From Camelus ferus (Eukaryota), in contig NC_045697.1 in assembly GCF_009834535.1 (NCBI RefSeq), positions 53,446,001 through 53,510,000 on the forward strand: a DNA stretch of 64,000 bases, given 5' to 3'. Below are positions 14,271 through 27,352 of this stretch, piece by piece. The notes below the pieces were generated by a model. The model was not told the origin of the DNA, ran no database searches, and worked only from the letters and a program-made list of their open reading frames with translations. The translations under genes were made by a program, and so were the position numbers. The number at the start of each line of letters is the position of its first letter. Within the stretch, counting starts at the first letter, position 1.

Positions 14271-15224
14271 TATATCTAACACTTAAGAAGCTTGCAGATC
14301 TATCACTCAGAACATTTTCTCTATTGTAATGGTTCTTGCAACCCCCTGACATCCTGCAATAATTCATTCAAATAAAATTTCTTCCAAGTTCAGATGTATT
14401 TGCTTGTTTGCTTGTTTTTAGAGATTAAATCTGACAGTCTAGAAGGGACATTCTCTATATCACTGCCAGAGTAAATGTTCATTTGAAACAGTAATTCAGT
14501 ATTGGATATTTCCATGTTCTTAGTTTTAGGTATTGTCTAATTCTCTGCATAATATCAACCTTAATTTCTAAAGCCTTTTACAGCTCTCTTCATTTTTAAT
14601 TACATATGCCTTATGTGCTAGATAAAACAAGACAATTTTGTTGTACTATAAAATCATATTGTTTTCTTAAATCTGTGCAAATGCTCATAACTCTTAGATT
14701 ACTTTTGTGTCCTCTCTAATATTTTTTTAAATGCAATGTACCTCCCTTATATTAATCTGTATCACATCTATCATGGCATATGTTAATTTGACCATTATTT
14801 ATTTCATCGGATTGATTCATTTGGACTTTATTTTCCTGGACTTCTTCATTTTTAGTTGGCATTTATTAAAAGAACAGACAACTGAAAAACATCAGTGACC
14901 TATAATAAGAAAACTTAATTTTTGCTCATGCCACTTGAGAGCTACAACTCAGTTGTGGTGTAGCTGAGCTCTACTGAACTTCATTTGTCTTCTGATTCAA
15001 GGACTGAAGATGAAGCAGGAGGTATTATCTGGTACATTATGTTCTCACGGTGGAGGATAACAACAAGAGTGACAGCCAAAGCACACAAAGACATTCCAAA
15101 CTTTTGCTCAGACATGGCCTGTGTCATGTCTGCTCATGTTCTATTGGACAAAGGAATTACATCATGGTAAGCTGTAAGGTTACTGGAGTAGAGAACCACA
15201 CTTCACCTTCAGGTAACAAGGGCA

Positions 15225-15670
15225 GTGCACTTGTTTCCCAGCAGCCATAGCAAAGTCCCACAAACTTAAACTTAAAACAACAGAAATGTATTCTCTCATA
15301 GTTCTGGAGGCTTGAAGTCCAAAATCAAGATGTCAGCAGGGCCATGCTTCCTTTGAGACTGTGGATGGAAGCCTTCTTTACTTCTTCCTAGCTTTGATGA
15401 TGTCTGTCACTCCTTGGTGTGTTCCTTGGATTGTAGGGGCGTAACTCCAATCTCTACCTCCATCTTCACAAGGAGTTTTTCCTTTTCTTTACATTGTCAT
15501 CTTATAAGGGCATCATTATGTTGGATAAAGCATCCACTATACTACAGTAAGATCTTCTCTTAACTAATTACACCTGCAATGGCCTTATTTCCAAACTAGG
15601 TCAAATTCTGAGGCACCAGCGGCTAAGACTTTAACATATATTTTAAGAGGACACAATTCAACTTATAACA
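15225..15670 (-). mobile_element. MaLR LTR (MLT1-type)
   Basis: AAAACAACAGAAATGTATTCTCTCATAGTTCTGGAGGCTTGAAGTCCAAAATCAAGATGTCAGCAGGGCC ... GGACACAATTCAA. Confidence 0.8.
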
Positions 15671-17844
15671 AGCAGAAAGGGGACACATTATCATAAACAA
15701 ATTGTAAATCCAACACCATTTTTCTTCTTTTCTCTCTGTCCATAACTTTTCAAGAATGTAGACTATAAAAGTTCCCTCAGAAATTAAGGGAGGAGAGAAA
15801 TAGAGCAAGATTCAAGATGGAATTTTTTCTTAGGAGATGGCTGAAGTGGTAGAAAGTGGACTGACTACAGAGTGGAGATCAGAGCAGAAACCCACAGTCA
15901 CAGTGGACCGGCACAGGGGCAAGGTACTTCTGCGGTCTCAGAGCTTCCGGAGCTGCCCAGCTCACCGGTCCCCTGGTGTAACTGACTCTAACAGGGATTC
16001 CTGGGGGCATTTTGGACATGGATGTCACACCTGAGTATGCACAGAGGCAGAAGCCCTTAGGGTAGGTTAGAATAATTCTGTTGATGTCTTACCTCTTTTA
16101 GAATTGAAAAGAGATAATCTATGTAAAGGACTTAGCATAGTTTCTGGAATGCAATAAGCCCTCATGAAACAGATAATTTTAGCAGTTTTACAAATCAGGT
16201 GAGAAACTGTTTCTTATGACAAAACCTACCTTATATCCCAGGTTTCTCGCTTTTTTTTTCACATCTTAATCTTTATCTGAGTACCTTAAGTTCCTCTTAT
16301 ATAGAAGTCAGACTTGTTTTTTTTTTTTTTTTTTTTTTTTTTCTGTGTCTCTGGGAATTAGTCCTGCTCCTAAGTATGAGCTCCAGGCTTGTAGCAACAC
16401 CTCTATCATCTGCTTGGCTCTTTCTGACCCTGTCTGTCTGCCAGATGTCAGTGACCCTATCGGTCTGCCAAATATCTGACTGACCCTTATAATACCACAA
16501 ATTCCCCTGTGCTCCAGTTCCTGGCTCCTAACACCCACCTGTCTATTACCTACTAATCCATGTTCCCTCAGTTCCATTGTCCAGGCACTTTCTATCTGTT
16601 CTATGATTTTTTTTTTAATCAAAAAATCTAATTCAAGTCTAAATCATTTTAAAGATGAAGAATATGACTTCTGGAAAGGGTCCATGATTAGCTCAAGTTC
16701 TCTCACTCTCTCTTTACCATGAAACTTCTTTTTGTAGTTGGTTTCCAATATCACAGGTGTGTCCTTCCACCTGCTGACCGTGTCTCGGGACACAGTTGTA
16801 GGACATGCTTTCATAGGATGAACGTGAAGATCACGAATAATGACATACAAACTGAGTGGCACATAGAGGGTATTCAGTACATTTCACTGTGTAACTCCTG
16901 CTGTCATTGCTGCTGCTGCTGCAGACGTGTGAGTCAAGAAAGAGCCCAGTTATAACATACAGGTTAACACTGGGCCAGTAATAAGGCTGACTTACTACAA
17001 AGTAAGTACACTACTAATATTTTTTAAAATAAATTTTAATTTGCCAAGGATCGGGAGTAGAATGCTCAGGAAGGGATGACATGAGGAAACTTGAACCTGC
17101 ACTTTGGTATCTTTGAGAATTAGACCCATTGAGGAGGAAAGGAATCAAAACAATACAAGGAACATACGATTTCACAATCTTCCTGGCAGCTGATACCTGC
17201 TTAAACTCAAGGGAAAGAATCCCAACAAAATAAATAAACCCACAAAAAATAGGACTATAATGTGAAGATTTCAGAAGTATTTACAAAATTATCATCACTG
17301 TTTTTAATATATATCAATACTAGACTAATTTTGTGATGACCCATGTAGTAAAAGTATGAATTAGAGTCTATTTTATATGTAGTTTATTACTTTCAAATGT
17401 ACAAGTTTGTTAAAAATCATTGGATAAGGCTAATTTAGAATTAACAGTGCAATTTATAAGCCAACAACTACTGCTGTGGGCTTTAAAGCTAACTCTATCA
17501 ATTGGATAGCAGGTATATAGCTGATAGGAAGAAAAATCAAAAGGTAAACTAGTAAATTTGACATTGAAAAAACCTGAATTCAAAAAGATTTTTTCTTACT
17601 AAGCTTAAACAAAGATGCTGAGCTTTGTAAATCATTTTTAAAAATTCCTGATGTTCGAAGTAGCAGTCATTACAAAGTAACTATGTGCTCAAGTGACTGT
17701 TAACTGAAAAGTTAGTGATTATCTTTCTTTTCTGATGTGACTCTCAAGGACTTTTCATGAATGAGAAAAGACTGTAGTCACTTTACTTTTTCAGGCTCAC
17801 AGAATATTAAAAAGTGAAGTTACACAGATGCATTAAAGTGTTAT

Positions 17845-19520
17845 CAGATTCCTGGTTTCAGCTCTGATATATAAAGAGCATGTAAATAGTCACTCACATC
17901 CTTACAAGAAAAACTGAGCTGGAAATCAGCAATGCTTCTTAGGTCCATCAGAAAGATGAGATTGCAGCCAAACCGCAGTCCCCAGCACCAGGGAGACGGG
18001 AGAATACATAGAATGAGACCCAATGAGAGTGGAAGCTGGTGGAGCCAGTAGCTGGTAGGAAAAATTACACGGTAACTGATGAAATGTTGGAAGTTGAGTG
18101 TGGATTAGTTAAAGAGTTAAAAACTCATGAGCGCCCAGTTAGAGAAAATCCCCGTGCTTTTATGAGTTTTATCTCCAAGAGCGTCATCAGATTATGACGG
18201 TGAAGAAAAAATGGTGAAAAATTCCCTGGGTTCAGGCTGGTGGAGGGGAAAAATAATCACTTAAAAATAAACCTATATTCAATACCTTGTAATAATCTAT
18301 AATGAAAAAGAATATGAAAATGAATATATGTATGTATGTGTGACTGAAACATAATGCTGTACACCAGAAACTGACACATTATAAACTGACTGTACTTCAA
18401 TTAAAAACAAAACAAAACAAAACAAAAAAACCTAGATTGTTCTTCACAATAGGGGCCTAGTCACTAAGAAGAAACATTTTACTAGAAACTCATCTGACGT
18501 CAGGGAAGGGAAGTACCCAACTATAGCCCCCTCTGGCCTTTGTGTCTCATAAAAGGGGAGGAAAAAGACAATAGAGGAGAACAAAGTGTGGGCACTAGAG
18601 GAAATTGAAGTCTGCGACACTACAGCAAACATTAAACACAGCCTAACTCTTAGTCAGGTAATGTCCCAAACTCTGACAATACCAAATGCTAGTGAGGAGA
18701 AACAGGAAGTCTCATTCATTGCTGGTGGGAAGGCAAAATGGTACAGCGACTGTGACACTTCTTACAAAGCTAAAACACAGTCTTCACCATTCTATCTGGC
18801 AGTCACACTCCTAAGTATTTCCCAAATGAGGTGCAGTCTTATGTCCACACAAAAACCTGCACATGAATGTTAACAGCAGCTTTATTAATAATTGTGAAAA
18901 CTGGAAGCAGCCAAGATGTCCTTCAATAGGTGAATGGATAAGCAAATTCTGGTACCTTCAGACAACAGGATATCATTCAGCAATAAAAATAAACGAGCTG
19001 TCAAACCACCAAAAGACATGGAGGGAATTTGAATGTATGCCTTTAAGTCAAAGAAGGCGATCTGAAAAGGCTATTTATACTACCTGACTCCAACCATATG
19101 GCACTCTGGAAACGACAAAACTATAGATTTAGTAAAGAGATCGGTGATTGTCAGGAGTTCACAGGAGGGGAGGTGAAGTGAACAAGTGGATCACAAGGGA
19201 TGTTTAGAGGGGTGAAACTCTTCCATAAGATGCTATAATGGTGGATGCATGAGCTTAAGCATTTGTCAACACTCATAGAAATGTACAAGGCAAAAAATAT
19301 GAACCTTAATCTAAACTATGAACTTTATTTAATACAAACATATCAATACTGGTTCTTCAGTTATAACAAATACACCATACTAATGCAAGATGATAATAAA
19401 TAGGGGAAAACAAACAGGGGAGAAGAGTTATATCAGACCTCTCTGTACTATTTGCTCATTATTTTGTGAACCCAAAACTGTTCTGAAAAATAAAGTCTAC
19501 TACTAATAGTAACAATAAAA
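17845..19520 (+). mobile_element. Old L1M (MC/MD-type) fragments, with a younger L1 3' tail at ~18270-18430
   Basis: AACTGGAAGCAGCCAAGATGTCCTTCAATAGGTGAATGGATAA; the tail GCTGTACACCAGAAACTGACAC...AAAACAAAAC is flanked by AAACCTA. Confidence 0.7.
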
Positions 19521-19740
19521 AAACCACACTGTCACACTGCCACTTATTTTTTCACTAAGTATTGAAATCTCGTCATTTATAAGACAGATGCTAGGACCTT
19601 CAGACTGGATCTATAAGAAGTAAGTGTGTGATACAGAAGGAAAAGGAAAAGCCCAATGGTCACAAATAAGGAAAAAAACATTGTCTTGGAAATATTTTGT
19701 CACATAGGCATACCAGTGCCACATTTGTTTCCAGTGTTTT

Positions 19741-19893
19741 TGTTTGTTTCTTTGTTTGTCTTCAGTTTTGGAGGGAGGAAGTAATCAGGTTTTTATTTAC
19801 TTATTCTTTTTTCTTTACAGAGGTACTGGGGATTGAATCCAGGACCTCATGCATGCTAGGTATGCAGTCTACTGCTGAGCTATACCCTCCCCC
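19741..19893 (-). mobile_element. tRNA-derived SINE (camelid Vic-like)
   Basis: Reverse of GGGGGAGGGTATAGCTCAGCAGTAGA...TTCAATCCCCAGTACCTC; 15-bp TSD TGTTTCCAGTGTTTT at 19726-19740 and 19894-19908. Confidence 0.9.
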
Positions 19894-20281
19894 TGTTTCC
19901 AGTGTTTTGGAGTACAACAGTGGTATGCTATCAGATCTGCTTAACATTTGAGAATCAAGATAAACATTTTTAAAAATAGTCACTTATCTGGAATTTTTTT
20001 TTTTCCTAGATCAAGTGTACAAAGGAGGAAAGGTCAGAACATGGACTCAACCATTTTCTAACTTGTTCTGTGCTCATTGTTCATAGGGAAGGATGATGGT
20101 TAAAGTGGCCATTTTGCCTATTGCTTCATTTCTATCAGCAAGTGAATTCTTACCCTTTGAAAGATGATTTTTTAGGCTAAATGTATTTTTCACTTTTGTG
20201 GCTGTCAGCATCATGTGATTTAGAAGCATTTGTAACATCATGGCAGCCAGTTGCTTACATGTGAAAGACGAGAGATGGTCT

Positions 20282-20808
20282 TGTAATAGGATAGGACAAA
20301 TCTGACTCCATATTAGATCTGTTCCTTTGACTCTAACCCTGTGCTCTGTTTTCTGTGCTTAATCATGCTGGCTCTGCACCTTTTACAAAAGAATGCTGTC
20401 TATAGCCTGAAATATACAGGATAGCCCATTCTCAAGGCTCTGACCTTTAAGGTTATAACACTTTTCCATCCATATAAAGATAAAAAGTTGCAGAACAGAG
20501 AATAACATTTGTTAGAGGTTTACAGGGACACCATGACCTGACCTAGATGGACAGCTGCAAGAACAAGGGATTTCAACACCAAGAAGTTTGCAACAACCAA
20601 CCACACCCAATGCCCTTTTTAGTATAAACTTCTACTAGAATTTTAGTCTAAATTCTGACTTGGGTAAGATGGTTCTGTAGGACATTAGTCCCCCATCTTC
20701 TCAATCTGTTGGCTTTCTGAATAAAGTCATTATTCCTTGCCCGAACAATTCATCTCCTGATTTAATGACCTGGTGTGTAGCAAGCAGAACAAGTTTGGAC
20801 TCAGTAAT
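20282..20808 (+). mobile_element. Solo ERV1-type LTR
   Basis: TGTAATAGGATAGGACAAATCTGACTCCATATTAGA start; TTTTAGTATAAA TATA; AATAAAGTC; ...TTTGGACTCAGTAA end. Confidence 0.75.
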
Positions 20809-21665
20809 TGCCTGAAGGTTAAATATTTCAGATTAGCCTATGCTTGTATTTTGACTTTTTGGATGAAAGAATATTTTTGATAAACAATAAAGGAAACCTC
20901 ACAGATCCTTATCATTAAATAATAATAATTTAAAATTTAAGCTAAACTATACAACTGCATTAAAATTTGTGATCCATATTAAGATTGTATATTTAACGAT
21001 TCAGTCTTTTAACACACACTTTATTTAACTAAAATAAAAGTAAAAATAAAATGACCAACTACATAAAACCAAATAATATAAAATCTAAAAAATAAGCCCC
21101 TGGTTAAGCTAGCTCTACCTTGATTTTCTTTCATGAAAATCACCACTTCTCAGAAATCATCCAACTGTTCTTTTTTACTTTGGGTAGGGCTGGATATTAA
21201 TGCATTCTGTGATTGAAAACTATAGTTCTTTTAACTTTTTTTTTTCTTGATCATATCAACCACTTTCATGCAGTTAATATGTATTCAGTTCCCAGCCTGC
21301 CACTTGTCACACAGTGAGCTAATTACAGAACAGCACCTTGTTTTAAATCTATACACAGTCTAATGAGGAAGCTGGACCAGTAAAACTGAATCACAGCACT
21401 AAGGAATAAAGGGTTTCAAAGGTCACTTGGAGAAATAGTCAGTCTTGTAAGAGTCGGGAAAGGCCTTTCAAAGAAAGTGCAATCAAATTAGAATTGAGAG
21501 ACAAAGGAGAACTAATCAGGTTATGAACTACCTGGGTTGGAGGTATTGATGAGGTGGGAAGGGTGGGAGCAAAGGAGAATTTCCTCAGCTGAAGACAGGG
21601 TAGGGACAGAAACAAGAAAGGAAAAAAAAAATGGTGAAAATTCATTAGTTCCGCAAATCCTCAGC

Positions 21666-22030
21666 TTTTTTTAAAATAAAAGTCTAGTTGATATACAATA
21701 TTATATAAGTTACAGATATACAGTGACTCATAATTTTAAGGATTATATTCCATTTATAGTTATTGTAAAATACTGGCCATATTCCCTGTATAAATATATC
21801 CTTGTAGCTTATTTTATACCTAGTAGTTTGTACCTCTTAATCCTCTACCCTTATCTTGCCCCTCCCCCATCCCCTTTCCCCACTGGTAACCACTAGTTTG
21901 TTCTCTAGATATGTGAGTCTGCTTTTTTGTTATATTCCCTAGTTTGTTGTAATTTTTAGATTCCACATATAAGTGATATCATACAGTATTTGTCTTTCTC
22001 TGTCTGACTTATTTCACTTAGCGCAATGCA
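21666..22030 (-). mobile_element. L1 3' end (antisense)
   Basis: CCCCACTGGTAACCACTAGTTTGTTCTCTA...TAGATTCCACATATAAGTGATATCATACAGTATTTGTCTTTCTCTGTCTGACTTATTTCACTTAGC. Confidence 0.85.
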
Positions 22031-22133
22031 CTCTGTGTTCATTTTTCTCATTCTCTTGTCTAAATTCCAATGGTACCAATGGTTAATTGTACCTGAAAAT
22101 TCCACACTATACAGTTAAGCACATGCTTGGGAA

Positions 22134-22690
22134 TGTTGCCGAAAAATCAGCCCCTGTCCCCGACGAGCCAAATAACTCAGAGACAAGGTCTTAGAGCATA
22201 GAAAAAAAGAGACAGCTTTATTGCTTTGCCGGGCAAAGGGGACTCACAGAAGGCTAGTGCCTTCAAAGCTGTGAACCCGTCACAATCAATAAGAGTCTCT
22301 GGTGGAACTTTCTCCTAAATCTTGATGAGTCAGTTTGGTGTCATGGGACCATCTGGTGGCCTGGAAGGTTATCAGCCTGTGACCTTCTTTATCTGGTCAG
22401 ACTCATCTGATGCTATGGGGGAACTCTGAAGGGTCTGGTCATTCTCCTGAGGTTATCATTCGGTGACTGTTTTTCTGAAGAATAATTCCAAAGCCAAACA
22501 TGACTAAAATTTTTAGTTGTCAGAGCAAAGTAAAAACAGCCAAGTCAACAACCTTAGCTTTAACAATGGGCCTGGGGCTGGGAGCAGTGTCCAGTCAGTC
22601 ATGTTTGCGGACCATTTTAAAAGCAAGCAGTAAGCACATAGCCAAGAATTTGTTGGCCTAAGTGCAGCCATTTTATTATTTCTCCTTTAG
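22134..22690 (-). mobile_element. ERV solo LTR, antisense to SULT1E1 (far end uncertain, 22690 or 22782)
   Basis: Starts TGTTGCCGAAAAATCAGC (CAACA terminus on minus); CTTTATTG is AATAAA on minus; GGAA precedes the start and recurs at 22783-22786 (possible 4-bp TSD). Confidence 0.65.
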
Positions 22691-23199
22691 GAGCAGAGAG
22701 AAGTGAGATTTTTATAATAATAATCCAAAGGTGAGGGATGTTTATATTCTTTCCTTAGCTGTTACCTGGTTTTGATTTTTCAGGAATTTAACAGTTAAAG
22801 GCAAACATTTTAAACAGAAGATATTTTCCAAGTGACTTGTCAGGAACAAGCAAGTATTGTAAAGCCGTCTTTGACAGGTCTCCTGTAAACTAAGCTAGGA
22901 CTCCTGAGCCAGGGTCCTTGCTGCCCTCCTGTTGCTCCTCTGTCATTTTCTTCTCTCCTCTTACTCCCCTAGTGAGTTATTCTTTTGAAAATCAACCCTA
23001 TGCATTACACTCCTCATCAATGAAGGAGTAAGAGACTGGTTCATCCCAGCCCTCTTATGTCTCGCTCCATCTTACTTGCATTTTTTCCCCTTATCTTTGC
23101 GTTCACTTCCTCTCCCTCCTCCTCCTCAACATACTGATGGCTATTGGCAAACTTAGAAATTTGATCATTAACCAAGAATGACAAATAGCAGGAGGATTT

Positions 23200-23375
23200 C
23201 TACAGCACTATATTGATAAACATGACGTGGTGGGTCTAGCTGCATCTGCAGGTATCAATCCATATTTGTGTTACTCTGGTGCACCATGAACTCCAGAAAG
23301 CCAAGCCCCACGAAGTAATCTCCGCCTCCTTCTCTGGCATTCAGAATAAAAGCTCACCAGAAACATTACAAATGC
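23200..23375 (+). promoter_or_regulatory. SULT1E1 proximal promoter
   Basis: Directly upstream of exon 1. Contains TATA-like AATAAAA (23345), TGACGTGG (23223-23230) and TATTGAT/ATCAAT HNF6-like motifs. Confidence 0.55.
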
Positions 23376-23477
23376 ACAGTAGTTCTCATCCTTTTTCTTG
23401 CAGCTTGAAACCTGAGTGAGGATCTGAAGGAAACTGAATTGGATCACCCAGCGTCTTTCACAGGATCACCTGGACAG
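23375..23477 (+). other. SULT1E1: SULT1E1 non-coding exon 1 (5' UTR); start approximate
   Basis: GTTCTCATCCTTTTTCTTGCAGCTT...TCTTTCACAGGATCACCTGGACAG resembles the human SULT1E1 5' UTR as recalled. It is followed by donor CAG|GTTGTA at 23477/23478, with TATA-like AATAAAA at 23345-23351. Confidence 0.75.
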
Positions 23478-26400
23478 GTTGTATCCTTATTATCATTGCT
23501 GACATGAATATTTAGATTTTAGATACAGGAAATATAGAATGTAAATTATATATTACAAAGCTGTAAAGAGAGAATAAAGTTTTTAATCAATATTTTAGTT
23601 ACTTAATAATGTGAAGTATGTAAAGCCTTTTAAAATCACTTGTTTATCATTAAAAATAATATCTTGCATTTGTATCATGCTTTGCTGTTTAAAGGGTTTT
23701 AACATAAAACTACAGTATCTTAGATGCTTTGTAATTTCTGCACGTTGGACATGCTCTCCATTTTACTGATAAGAAAACAAAGCAAGCAGAGTAGAAACAG
23801 AGTGTGGACTGATTTCTGATTACGTCTGTGAAATATGTTAGAAGCAGTGGATTACTATCAGAGCCCTGCACATATTACTGTTACTTTTAAGTGAGAGACA
23901 CCAGACAAATAAGAGCAGAACTCCAAGTCCTTGGTAAGTCGCTGGCAGGTAGACCACCTGCAGAGTCGCACACATCTTGTCTAGGAGTCCTCAGTGGAAA
24001 CTGGAAAATCCAGAGAGATTTGCTCTAACAATCAAGTAATTGAACTTATTGATGGTTTTTGAGCATCTGCTTTGTGACACAGTGCTGGGGTTCCAGATAG
24101 AACAATGTATGAATGGATTTTCTCCACTTTCAGCCACTCTGCTCAAATCCAGGTCAGTGCAAGAAGATGAGGCCTCAGTGAGCCCTTCGCCTGGTGTCCA
24201 GCACTTCACACTGCGCCTGGGGGCAAGTCAAGCACTCCCACAGGGAGTGCTTGCTGGGTGAAAGGCAGACAGGGGAGTGGAGAAGGGGAGGATGGAGAAA
24301 GCGAGAAAGAAAAAGGGGGAAGAGAGAACTAACCAGGAGGAAGAAAAGAAGAAAAAAAATTTCTCCCTTTAATTGAATTTATGAATTACAGGTTTAATCA
24401 TTTTTGTTGGCATTCTGAAAACAATAACCTACACACTCAGTTAGGAAGTGAAACTGACAGTTGTTAACTGAAATATGTCTTTGAGAAAGAAGAAAGCAGC
24501 TGGAGGTGAATCTATCCATTGGGATATGAGATAATTAACTAAAAGGAGTTAAACAAACAAAAAAAGACTTTATTATTTGCCACCTAGTTTAAATCTGGGG
24601 TTAAAATTGACCATGAAGAGTCAGCCATAAGTCAGCCAACTGTTTAATAATGAATCAGCTACTGCCGGTTGACTATAAGGCAATTCTTACAAACTTGGCA
24701 GAACACCAAGCTGTTCATGTGAATAAACGAATCAACAGGCAGGGCAAGGGTTGCTTCTCATACACGTTTTTGTCTGCAGATTGTATGAACAATAAGCTTC
24801 TGTGCAAACCATAAAAAAAGTTAAAGACTACTAGCAATATAAGATGGGAAAAACTCCTGACACCTTCAATCTGAAAATCAATAATAAGTTACTAGCTATA
24901 CATGAGTCAGGAGAAAATCCTCTTGATGGGCAAAACTGATCAAAGTGATTAAAATAACCAAAAACATATGGAACATGAAAACATGAAAAATTATAAAATA
25001 TCTATGAAATACAGATTTTAAAAATATGTATTCAATTATGAAAGATTATAACAAATAATTTCCAGTACTGATGATGCAGTGAGAAAATAGGCAATTTCAG
25101 ATACTGTGCAAACTTTTACTGTAACTCTTTTAGTGATTTGTTAAAAGCAATAACCAGTATGTTACACGTATATACCTTTTATTTTGGCAAATTCATTGTC
25201 ACTGCAAAGGTAAGTGTGAAAAGATATGACATTTGTTGCAGTACTAGTTACACTGGAAAAAACAGAAAAACAGGAATTCCCAACAATAAAGAAGTATATT
25301 GTCTCTCTTATATCCATAGTATAGATTGCTATGTGTCGTTTATAAAAACAAAAATAGAATTTATGTATCAACACTAAATATATTCACATCATATAGATTG
25401 GTATAAAATATAATACAAATGAAACTGTATACATAAGCATATAGATTTTACATATATTTAAGTATTTGGAAGCATAAATGCAACACTATTAGGAATGGTC
25501 ATTTCTTGAGAATGGAATACTCTCTTTGAGCACTTTCATTTTCTCTATATTGCTTAAATTTTTCAACAATCATTTGTTTAAAATGAGTATATTTATACAT
25601 ACATGCTTACATGAATGCATGAATGTATGCATATTTATCATTCCTTGTGTAAGACGAGCATGGGTCCATCCTTAAGAAGTCTCCTTCAGGACAAACTTAA
25701 CCTAATTGATAATGATGTTCGCTTTTTGATAGAACCTTATGACATATAAGTGAGATTTTAAAATAAAACTTTTCAGGTCTAGCACTAAGTGTCTATTGAA
25801 TAACAACCATTTCCTTTCCTCTGGTGTAGAAAGAGGAGATAGGCCTTTTCACAAGAAGTCCAGTTGGAGGGCTGTTTTCATGTTCAGTCAATAGTAGCTG
25901 AACTTCCAAACTAGGCCAGTGATCATAAAGTTAGAAGAGAGAATGAAGTGATGGAGATGGAATCAATGGGACTGAGTGAGGGAGAGTTGCAACATCTGGA
26001 AGTTTTCACCTCTAATGTGCAGCTTGAAGTATAGTGCAGAAAACACTATAGAAGTTTTCAGTGTAAGTCAATGGTCTAATTACTTGATTTGTAAGAGATA
26101 TCTGTGTAAGACTTTATCATCAAATATTTCATCCTTTGTGTTAATGCATTTGTTAGAGTATCTACTAATTTAATTTCTTCTTTATAGTGCATTTCTCATG
26201 CCTTGGGATTCTTTGCATTAAAGGAAACTCATTTGGTGGCTAAAAGAACTATTGCCCCCAAGACACTCCTATTATTCTACAAACTTTCTGGAAAAGACAG
26301 TAAAAGCCAAAGCAGCCACAAATGCACGAGTGTGTAACAACTCATCAGGCAGCATTCTGGGCAAGGGTGGATACAAGAGTGATCCAGTAAGGCAGCTATC

Positions 26401-27197
26401 AAAGAGGGACAGCATTTGTCGAGATGTTGTATCACAAATTCAGAATGAGGAAAGTCTGGGGGCCGGGGGGAGGAGGCAGTGAAAGAAGTTGAAAACCAAT
26501 AAAGGAAAGTTTGCTTAATTAAAAATTCTAAGACTAACCCTGAACATGAAATGAGTTGCCATAGGACCAGGAGATGAATTATCAATGATAATCACCTTGT
26601 TCAACCTTATAATTTTCATACAGGTCACTTGGTGGGAGTGTCTACTTCTTTACCGATTAAGTGAGAGAGAAAAAAACAGGTAATGCTAGGGGTCACAGAG
26701 GAAGCTTCTGTACCCTCAAGAATCTGTGTCTTAGACGTATCCATTACACTGTCATGAATTTCACCTTCTTTCTAATATACTCACCAAGCACTTGAATTTT
26801 ATCATTAAATGAAACATATCCAGGAACTAAAGAAGCTCTGACTTTGATATCTGGCAATAGCTATCCAATGGCACTATCAATCTTTATTGTTATTTAATGT
26901 ATACAGAATTAATTGAAGTGATTCTTTGCCAAAATATTGCTGCATTTCCTGAATCTCTTAGTCTTTTTATATGCCCCACCAGTTTTGACAGAGAAATCAA
27001 AGGCTCTGTTGTTTACATTGATCATGGAATTTTTTATGTACAAATATTATACATAAGTATGCTAATATAAATGTATCACATTTTGTACATATTTTTAAGA
27101 CATTTTACTTAATTATGCTTTATACTTCTTATTCTTCTGTATATTATAATGATCTCAATAATAAGGTTAGAAACTCTTAAAGTACCAACACTATGTT

Positions 27198-27352
27198 TTT
27201 GTGTTTGTTTTTTTTTTTGTCGGGGAGGGAGGTAATTAGATTTATCTATTTATTTATTTAGTTAGTTAATGAAGTACTGGGGATTGAACCCAAGACCTTG
27301 TGCATGCTAGGCATGCACCATGCACTTTACTGCTGAGCTATACCCACTCCCC
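27198..27352 (-). mobile_element. tRNA-derived SINE in SULT1E1 intron 1
   Basis: GTACTGGGGATTGAACCC...CTGAGCTATACCC; TSD CAACACTATGTT / CAAGACTATGTT. Confidence 0.88.

Larger units (their letters stand above)
12947..14436 (+). mobile_element. ERV LTR split by two L1 3'-end insertions; boundaries approximate
   Basis: LTR-like segments at ~12950-13270, 13680-13840 and 14275-14430 (AATAAA at ~14370), separated by L1 tails. Confidence 0.5.

Noticed and set aside
18586..19087. ORFs with L1 ORF2 C-terminal-like peptide (WKQPRCPSIGEWI)
   Set aside because: Decayed L1 fragments, not a host gene.
1..23000. Casein (CSN1S1) exons expected upstream by synteny
   Set aside because: No recognisable signal-peptide or casein exons; the gene probably lies outside the window.
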